Below are positions 54,601-64,000 of a stretch of 64,000 nucleotides of DNA, one piece after another. Under the pieces are notes generated by a model that had not been told where the DNA came from, did no database searches, and saw nothing but the letters and a program-made list of their open reading frames with translations. The stretch spans positions 480,001 through 544,000 of the forward strand of contig CM000151.3 in the NCBI GenBank assembly GCA_000004695.1, given 5' to 3'. This stretch comes from Dictyostelium discoideum. Taxonomy: Eukaryota. The position numbers were made by a program, and so were the translations under genes. How positions within the stretch are numbered: the stretch's first letter is position 1; each line of letters opens with the position of its first letter.

Positions 54601-57600
54601 ATAGTAATGTTATCAGATGGTTCAGTTTTATATGAAATTCAAGAAGTTATTTTTAAATCATTAATTCCAATCAAACATTCACTTAAAATTGAGTATCCAA
54701 ATGATGAATTATACAAAGTTCATTTACAATCAAAAGATTCTCAAATTCCAACGCCATCATCATTCAAATCAATTATTTATGAAAATGATTTCTTCCATTC
54801 TGCACTTAATATTCCAGAAGATTTATTCAAATATATTTCAACATTATTTTATAAAGATATTATAAAAAGATGTCCAGAAATTAATATCAATAAAATTAAT
54901 TCTCATAGTGTTAATGAAATTATTTCAAGTTTCAGTAAAATTTCAAAAAATCAAAGATTATTTAGATTTGTATTTGAAACAATAAAAGAGAATGGTATTC
55001 TTAATAGTTTGGAAGAAAATGATGATGCTTATTTCGAATTTAATGAATTAGTTATTAAATCATCAAAAATTATTTCAAAATTATTATTCCCACTAGAAAG
55101 TGATAATGATAATGAAGATTTACCTCAATCATTATTTCAAAATGGTTTAATGGATAAAATTTATAAATGCAGTTATTTAAGAAAGAAGTATCAAATGATT
55201 TCACATGTCATTATACATTCAATTAAAGAGATTATTAATAATAATATTATAATTAGAATTTTAGAATTTGGAGGAGGCACTGCGTCATTATCAGTTGAAG
55301 TTATTGGAGAAATCGTTGCATTACTTCAAGAGAATCCAAATTATCAAGTTGAAATCGAATATACATGGAGTGATATTTCACCTGCATTCATAGCAGATGC
55401 AAAGAATAAAATCAATAAAATCATTAATGATGCTGCTATAACAAATGGATTAAATGTTATTTATCGTTCATTAACAATCGATGAATCATTGCTTGAAAAT
55501 CAAGCAATTAAACCATCATATTATGATTTCGTTATAATGTCAAATGTTCTTCATGTTGTTAAAAATATTAAACAAGCTGTAGAACAAATGTATCAATTGT
55601 TAACACCGAATGGTCAATTGCTATTTATAGAACCACCTTATAAATCAGTTCTAATCGATTCAATCATTGGTTCATTTGAACAATGGTGGTCATTCACTGA
55701 TACTGATATTAGAAAAGATAGATGTGGTATGTCTCAACAAAGTTGGTATCAATTATTAAAGACATGTAATTTTAAAGACATTTTAATGTCAAAAGAATGC
55801 ATCTTTGTTGGGTCAGTAATACATGCACAAAAACCACCAATTTCTTTATTGAATTCTCAACCAAAACATGATAATATAATTATATATGGTGGTGGTGGTA
55901 ATTTAAGTTTTGTAGAAAACATCAAATTAGATTCAAATTCAAAAAGTTTAATTCAAATTGAAACTATTCAAGAATTTAATCAATTATTAAGTCAATCAAC
56001 AATTACAAATGATTCAATAATTTATTTCATAAAAACATTAGAAACATTATCATTGGATAATTATAAACAAATAACTCTTGAATATATTGAAATCAATCAA
56101 AGACTATTACAAATCAATAGTTTATGTAAACATGTATTAATTGTTAGTGATTCAAGAAAAACTAACTATTTAGCATCATCAGTTGTTGGTGCTGCAAGAT
56201 ACTTTGATGAATTCCAACAATTGAAATTACACACATTAGATTTTGATTATGATTCAACTCAAAATTATATAAATTCAAAAAATAACAAAATGGTTCAATT
56301 CATTAATATCTTGGTGGACTCCAAAACAAATGTTCATAAAGAAATGATTATAATTAATAACAAAGTATATTATGAAATAGTTCAAAAAGAGAAAAATCTA
56401 AAACTAAAATACAATTCAGAATCTTTTGAAAATCAAAATAATTTAATGTGTTCATTATCACCAAATTTAGAATATCAATTACAATCAAAACAAATTAAAT
56501 TAAGAGATAATCAAGTTGAAGTTAAAACAATTGCAACTGGTATCAATTATAAAGATTATTTAAATTTTAGCGGTTCAAATAATAATAATGGTGATGACAA
56601 TACAGGTTTACCACAATTTGGATATGAATTTTCAGGTATTATAACAAGAGTTGGTAATAATGTAAAAGATTATAAAGTTGGTGATAATGTATTTGGTTTA
56701 TCAAATTCTTGTACATCATCCCACATTGTTACAAATTTTAAAAATATTCAATTAAAACCTTCAAACATAAGTCATAACGAAGCATCATCAATTCCAATTG
56801 ATTATTTAACATCATTTATGAGTTTATTTAATGTTGGTAGTTTAAATATTGAAGATAATGAATCAATTCTAATTCATTTAGGTAGTGATAGTTTTGGATT
56901 ATCAACATTTGAAATATTAAAATGGAAAGGTTTTAAATCAAATTTATTCGTTACAGTTGATTTGGACGAAACTAAACAATATCTTCTAGATAGATATGGT
57001 GATTTTATTACTGGAATTTATTCAAACACAGATAAAAGTTATGTTACAGAAATAAAAAACGAATTAATTAAATTAGGTTCAAAAAAGAAAGGAGTAGATT
57101 TAATATTAAATACATTACCAAGTGATTTTATGGATTCAAATTTCGAGTTATTAACAAAGAGTGGTAGAATAATTGATTTAACTTCAAATCATTTAAATCA
57201 AAGTGAATTTTTAAAAAATATCAATTTTAAATATAACCATGGTTACCACAACTTTCAGTTATCATTAATTCAAAAAAATAAAATACAAAAATGTTTATAT
57301 GAAATTTCACATGCTATTGAAAATGGAGAATTAAAAACTATTCCAATTAAAGAATTTACAAATTTAAATATTAAAGATGCCATCAAATACATTACCAACG
57401 GTAACATTGAAAAAATTACAGTTAGTCATGATCATGAAATTTATAGTGATATTATTTATAGATCTTTAGATGAAAAAGAGTTTTCAATATTAAAATCAAA
57501 TTATCAAATTAATTCAAATAATTTAGGTAAAAACATATTAATTACAGGTCAATCAGGTATTATTTTAGAAATATTAAAATGGATCATTAAATATTCAAAT

Positions 57601-58599
57601 ATTAACACAATTGAAAATGTTATTATTCTTTCAAGATCATCATTAAAATGGGAATTAGAATTATTAATTAATCAAACTAAACTATCAAATAATAATATTA
57701 AATTTCATTTCAAGAGTGTTGATGTCGGTGATAGTGAACAAGTTGATAATGCAATCAATGAAATATTAAATGAAAATCAACAAATTACAAATATTGATTC
57801 AATATACCATTTTGCATTTCAACAAATTACATGTAAAGTTCAAGAAATCAATATGAAACATTTAGATATTTCACATGGAGCAAAATCAATGGGTGCAGTT
57901 AATTTACATAATCAATCAATTAAACGTAATTGGAAATTAATTAATTTTGTTATGGCTTCTTCTGCACTTTCATTAATAGGTTCAACAGATCAATGTACAT
58001 ATGCCTGTGCAAACCTATTATTAGATTCATTTTCAAAATACAGAGAATCACTTGGATTACCATCTGCTTGTATTAACCTTGGGTCAATTGAATCAACTGG
58101 TTTCGTTTCAAAGAATGAATCAATTTCAGAATTTACAGATGGCATTGGTTACGTTCCAACACCTATCAATCTAGTTTTAGGTCTTTTAGATTTACAAATT
58201 CAAAATGCAGGTAAATTTACGAATTCAATGCTTTCAAATTTAATATCATCAAAATTTAAAAATATTCAACAAACATCATTATTTCTAAAATTTGATTACT
58301 TGATGAATTTAAATGACAACAGTGAACAAACTAAAAAAGAGAATATTGGAAATAAAAACATTGATGAATTATTCATTGAGAAAGTTTCAGAATTATTTTC
58401 AACGGATCAATCAAGAATAAATAAAAATCTTAGATTAATTGATTATGGCGCAGATTCATTAATAATAGTTCAATTAAAGAATTGGATAGATAAAGAAATT
58501 GGTATAAATTTAATAACAATTAAACAACTTCAAAACAATACAATTAATATTTCAATCAAAATGATATTAAATTCATTAATGAAAAATAATCAAATATAG
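51692..58599 (+). CDS. PKS paralog D, exon 2 (KS-AT-DH-cMT-ER-KR-ACP); ends ...MKNNQI* directly after the ACP
   Basis: Intron 51618-51691 in phase 1. The domain signatures are as in B and C. After the stop, 58640-58690 still matches the extreme 3' end of the B R-domain coding sequence (CATTACTAGAAT(T/C)ATCAAC...GATCTT), which marks an internal deletion. Confidence 0.85.
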
Positions 58600-58971
58600 A
58601 TGACAATAATAATACATACAATAGATATTAACCCAATGAAAATCAAAACATTACTAGAATTATCAACAGATAATGGGTGATCTTGAAATTTTTTATTTAA
58701 ATAAGATTCAAATTTTACTTTGCGTTTTTTTTATTTAATATTTTTAGATTTGGGTAGTTTTGGACATTATAAAATAAAAAATCTAAATCTAAATAAAATA
58801 AAAAATACAAATCTAAATTATTCTTTTTTATAAAAAAAAAAAAAAAAAAAAAAGTCAAATCAACATAAAAACATCTTCAGACATTATTTTTAAAATTGAA
58901 TTTATAAAAAAAATTTTATTTATAAAAATAAAATTTTTTCTCAATTAATATAGATATTTCAAAACTAAATT

Positions 58972-60470
58972 ATGAATAATTTTAAAAAATATAAATTTAA
59001 TAGATAAAGGTGTTGCAATTGTTGGGGTGGGGTTCAGAATTCCTTCTGGTAATTATGAAAATTCAATTAGTTCACCAGATTATTAAATTTAATAATTTAA
59101 AGAATGGTTTTGATGGTGTTAGTAGTACATCAGAAAGATGGAGTGACAATTTTCATAAATTAGGTGAAATTAGTAGTCCAAATGCAGGTTTATTACCATT
59201 TAATGAATGCAAATCATTCGATCCATTATTTTTTGGTATTAATCCATCCGATGCTCATCAGATTGATCCTCAACAAAGATTATTATTAAAATGTACATGG
59301 GAAGTATTAGAAGATGCATCTATTGATCCAATTTCAATTCGTGGTACAAATACTTCAGTTTTCATTGGTTCTTCAACTATCGATTATCAACTGTTTCGAT
59401 TTTAATGGTCCATCATTTTCAATGCATGTTCATCATCATTAAATGTTGTTTAATGTTTAAATATCAATGCTTTTTACCAAATATTCATTTCAAAAATCCA
59501 AATCCATTAATTAAATTCAATGAATGGAATTTAAAAGTTGTAACATCACCAATTCCATTCAACAAAAGAAATAATGAATTACCAGTTTCAATGATGATTA
59601 ATAACTTTGGTTTAACAGGTTCAAATTGTTGTTTACTTTTAACAGAATATAAAAAACAAGATTATGAATCATATGAAACTATCTACAAAAATGATAATAG
59701 TAAAAATATATTAATACCATTTTCAGCAAATTCAACAAATTCATTAAATCAATACCAATCAAAATTTAAAAATATAAATAATAATCAATTCAATTTTATT
59801 GATTTTACCGCAAATCAAATTTATTCAAAATCAAATTATCTTTATCAAAGATCGGTTGTAATCGCAAGTAATTCAAATGAACTTTTTGAAAAAATTTTAA
59901 ATAAAAAACAAATTCGAAATAAAAATTCAATCATCTCAAATATGTCATTCAAAGGAAAGAATCCAATTACAATTTTTGTTTTTTCAGGTCAAGGATCACA
60001 ATATCCTAAAATGGCTTTAGAATTATATAATAATGAAGTAATCTTTAAAAAATCAATTGATTTAATCGATTCAAAATTATCAAAGTACTATGGTTATTCA
60101 GTATGGGAGAAGGTAAAAAAAATCAAAGATTATGATACTACTTCCATTCATGATCCAACTATTGTACAACCAGCAGTGTGTATGTTTTCAGTATCATTAT
60201 TTGAATTGTATTGCCATTGGGGAGTAAATCCATCATTTATTCTTGGTCATAGTATTGGTGAAATTTCAACATTATATTGTTCTGGAATAATCGATTTAGA
60301 TACATTTTATCACAGATCAATAGCACAAACTAAAACACACTGTAATGGTGGGCATCCACTGATATTGATATTAGGAAAAATAGATGTAGTATGTCTCAAC
60401 AAAGTTGGTATCAATTATTAAATAACAGTAATTATAAAGACATTGCAATGTGCATGCTAAAATTAAAAAG
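58972..60470 (+). pseudogene. PKS relic (paralog E): KS-N fragment, KS-C/AT fragment and cMT fragment fused by internal deletions, with frameshifts
   Basis: ATG at 58972 followed by an immediate frameshift ([11 protein letters not shown]). The recognisable [32 protein letters not shown]...IDYQ jumps to [24 protein letters not shown]... (KS C-terminus) and runs through the AT domain GHSIGE. It then jumps to a DIRKDRCGMSQQSWYQLL-like fragment of the cMT region. Multiple stops are present. Confidence 0.8.
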
Positions 60471-61098
60471 ATTCCTTTATTGTATCCAAAAAATAAAAGT
60501 GAAAAAAAAAAAAAAAAGAATGGTTTAAAAAAAAAAAAAAAAGGGTTAAAAATATAATAAATTAATTTTTAATAAATGTTGAGAGAAAGTATTTAAATTT
60601 TTTTTTTATTTTATTTTTTATTTTTTTTTTTTTTCCTATTCTCTGGGATTATAATCTGAAAAAGGGTTTTTTTTTTTTAAACAAATATGGGCTTACTAAT
60701 AATTTAAATTGGTAAAAAAAAACAGAAAGGATGATATATACAAAAAAAAAAATATTTTTTGTCCTTGAATATAATTTTTTCAAATATTATATCATTGTTG
60801 TTTTATAATTAATTTGAATTTGTATAATTTTATGAATTTTATCTGGTGTGAATCTGCAAAAAATTTTATATTTTTTTTTATTTTTTTATCTGGTGGAAAT
60901 CTACAAAAAAAACAACAATAAATCTATAGATTTAAAAAATTAAAAAATCGTCATTATTTTTTTTTTTGGTATGGCTTTCTCTAAACGAATCCCCACGAAA
61001 AAAAATTATAAACTTCTAATTTTCTAAGGCCACAGTGCTGCACAAAATTACTTTTCACTTTATAGTGCTGAAATTTTTACATCCAACCCCCAAAATTT

Positions 61099-61135
<37 letters not shown>

Positions 61136-61446
61136 CATATGTACAAAAAAATAAATAAAAATAAATAATTTAACAACAAAATGAACACAAAAACAAAATA
61201 CATTTCTTCAAGTATTATTTTTAAAATAAATCAAATGTGCTGTTAGTTAATCTCCTGAATAAAAATTTTTTATAAATTTTACCACATAAAGCCTTTAAAA
61301 AAAGTTTGTGTTTAATAATTTTAATTAATAAAATCATGTAAATAATGAAAGTTTTTTAAAAAAAATATAAATTTAAAACAACAATATTTAATTTTAATAA
61401 AAAATTTTCTTCACTAATTTTGATATTTCAAAACTACTAAATACCT

Positions 61447-62083
61447 ATGGGTAATTTAAAAAATATAAATTTAAAAGAGAAAGGAGTTGCAATTGTTGGT
61501 ATTGGATTTAGAATTCCTTCTGGTAATAATGAAAATTCAATTAGTTCACCAGATGATTTATTTAATAATTTAAAGAATGGTTTTGATGGTGTTAGTAGTA
61601 CATCAGAAAGATGGAGTGACAATTTTCATAAATTAGGTGAAATTAGTAGTCCAAATGCAGGTTTATTACCATTTAAAGAATGGAAATCATTCGACCCATT
61701 ATTTTTTGGTATTAATCCATCTGAAGCTCCATTAATCGATCCTCAACAAAGATTATTATTAAAATGTACATGGGAAGCATTAGAAGATGCATCTATTGAT
61801 CCAATTTCAATTCGTGGTACAAATACTTCAGTTTTCATTGGTTCTTCAACTATTGATTATTTACATACAAATAAACATCAAGACTCAGTTTTAAAGAATG
61901 CAATAGCACAATCAACCAGTGCGATTTCAAATAGAATTTCATACTGTTTCGATTTTAATGGTCCATCACTATCAATTGATACTGCATGTTCATCATCATT
62001 AAATGCAGTTTCTCAAGGTTATCATTCAATATTAAATGGTACTTCCAATATGTCAATTGTTGGTGGTGTAAATTTAATATTAG
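61447..62083 (+). CDS. PKS paralog F, exon 1 (KS N-terminus)
   Basis: ATG at 61447. The exon ends ...VNLIL then G|GTAAGG. Confidence 0.8.
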
Positions 62084-62149
62084 GTAAGGATTATTATTTT
62101 TTTTTTAAAATTAAAAATACACTTATTAATTAAAATTTATTTTTATTAG

Positions 62150-64000
62150 ATGTTGATATTATAAAAGCATATTCGATTTTAAGCATGTTAAGTAAAACAC
62201 ATGGTAAATGTAAAACATTTGATGAAAGTGGCGATGGTTTTACACGTGGTGAATGTGTCGGTGTTGTAGTTTTAAAGAATTTACAAGATGCAGTAAAAGA
62301 TGGTAATAGAATTTATTGTGTAATTAATGGTTCAAGTTCAAATGTTGATGGTAATGGTAATATGGATAAAGTTAACTTTTATTCACCATCAAAACAATCA
62401 CAATTTAATAATATTAATTCAGCATTTAAGTCAACAAATGACAAACTCTCGATTAATGATATTCAATATATCGAAGCACATGGTACCGGTACTAAAACAG
62501 GCGATCCAATTGAAACTGAAGCAATTTCAATGGCTTTTAAAAATAGAGATAAATCAACACCAATTCTAATTGGTTCAATTAAAAGTAATATTGGTCATTG
62601 TGAAGCTGGTTCAGGTGTTGCATCATTAATCAAATGTTGTTTAATGTTTAAATATCAATGCTTTTTACCAAATATTCATTTCAAAAATCCAAATCCATTA
62701 ATTAAATTCAATGAATGGAATTTAAAAGTTGTAACCTCACCAATTCCATTCAACAAAAGAAATAATGAAAAACCAGTTTCAATGATGATTAATAACTTTG
62801 GTGTAACAGGTTCAAATTGTTGTTTACTTATTTCAGAATTTAAAAATAACAATAACTTTAAAGAGAATATTAATTTAGAATCTCAAAGTGTTAATGATAG
62901 AGTGTTAATACCATTCTCAGCAAATTCATCAAATTCATTAAATCAATACCAATCAAAATTTAAAAATATAATTAATAATCAATTCAATTTTATTGATTTT
63001 ACCGCAAATCAAATTTATTCAAAATCAAATTTTCTTTATCAAAGATCAGTTGTAATTGCAAGTAATTCAAATGAACTTTTTGAAAATATCTCAAATAAAA
63101 AACAAATTCAAACTAAAAATTCAATCATCTCAAATATGTCATTCAAAGGAAAGAACCCAATTACAATTTTTGTTTTTTCAGGTCAAGGATCACAATATCC
63201 TAAAATGGCTTTAGAATTATATAATAATGAAGTAATCTTTAAAAAGTCAATTGATTTAATCGATTCAAAATTATCAAAGTACTATGGTTTTTCAGTATGG
63301 GAGAAGGTAAAAACAATCAAAGATGATGACTTAACCTCAATACATGATCCAATTTTTGCCCAACCAGCACTATGTATGATTTCAGTATCACTATTTGAAT
63401 TATATTACCATTGGGGAGTAAATCCATCATTTATTCTTGGTCATAGTCTTGGTGAAATTTCAGCATCATATTGTTCTGGAATGATTGATTTAGATACATT
63501 CTGTTATACAGTTTATCAAAGATCAATAGCACAATCTAAAACAAATGGTTGTGGTAGAATGTTATCAATTAATATCAGTGATGAAGAATTTAAATCAATG
63601 TATTCTCAAAAGTATCCACAAATTGAAATCGCATGTTATAATTCACCTCAATCAATTGTTGTGGCAGGTAATGAATCAATATTAAATGAAATTTCAAAAG
63701 AATTAAAAGAAAAAGAAATTTTCACCACAATGTTAGGTTCATTATCATCATTCCATACAAGTAGCCAACAATGTACAAAAGATAGTATATTACAACTAAA
63801 CATTGAAAGTAATCAACCAAAAGTACCAATATTTTCAACAGTTACAACAAATTTATTTAATGAATCAAATCGATTTAATTCACAATATGTTTATGATAAT
63901 ATTATCAAACCAGTTAAATTCACACAAACAATTTCAAATATTTATAAACATATCGAATCAAATCAATTAAATAATGAAATTGTATTCATTGAAATTGCAC
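62150..64000 (+). CDS. PKS paralog F, exon 2 (KS C-terminus and AT), partial; continues beyond the window end
   Basis: Intron 62084-62149 in phase 1. The frame is open and almost identical to the paralog B exon 2 start, including [24 protein letters not shown], through [11 protein letters not shown] and on to the window end. The track does not list it only because it has no stop in the window. Confidence 0.75.

Overview
The window is strongly AT-rich (about 75-80%) eukaryotic nuclear DNA with the hallmarks of Dictyostelium (very likely D. discoideum). Coding regions carry long poly-Asn, poly-Gln and Lys-Glu tracts encoded by (AAT)n, (CAA)n and (AAAGAA)n microsatellites. Introns are short, AT-rich and bounded by GTAAG...(T/C)AG, and intergenic DNA is dominated by homopolymeric A/T runs. 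No prokaryotic features (CRISPR, operons, sigma promoters) are present, and I could not find an rRNA or tRNA gene by eye.

Gene content, left to right:
(1) The DNA polymerase zeta catalytic subunit (Rev3-like, family B), plus strand, two exons joined by a 90-bp intron.
(2) A convergently oriented large myotubularin-related phosphoinositide phosphatase, minus strand, with an intact CSDGWDRT active site and a C-terminal polyGln tract of roughly 90 residues.
(3) A PAP2-family lipid phosphate phosphatase, minus strand.
(4) A very long pure (AAT)n microsatellite, then a decayed AMP-binding (acyl-CoA ligase-like) pseudogene on the minus strand.
(5) The dominant feature: six tandem, co-oriented, highly similar iterative type I polyketide synthase genes (KS-AT-DH-cMT-ER-KR-ACP). 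Each has one phase-1 intron at the same position between the KS active-site Cys and the His residues. Four are intact in the window, one is a short mosaic pseudogene, and the last runs off the window end. Only the second paralog keeps a C-terminal thioester-reductase (R) domain; the fourth carries an obvious deletion scar where the R domain was.
(6) Between PKS paralogs lie a roughly 960-bp foldback element with 250-bp near-perfect terminal inverted repeats and a 5'-truncated non-LTR retrotransposon ORF2 3' fragment (C-terminal zinc-knuckle), minus strand.

Many ORFs in the supplied track are artefacts: translated microsatellites, antisense or alternative-frame ORFs inside the conserved PKS exons, or ORFs called from non-ATG (GTG/TTG) starts.
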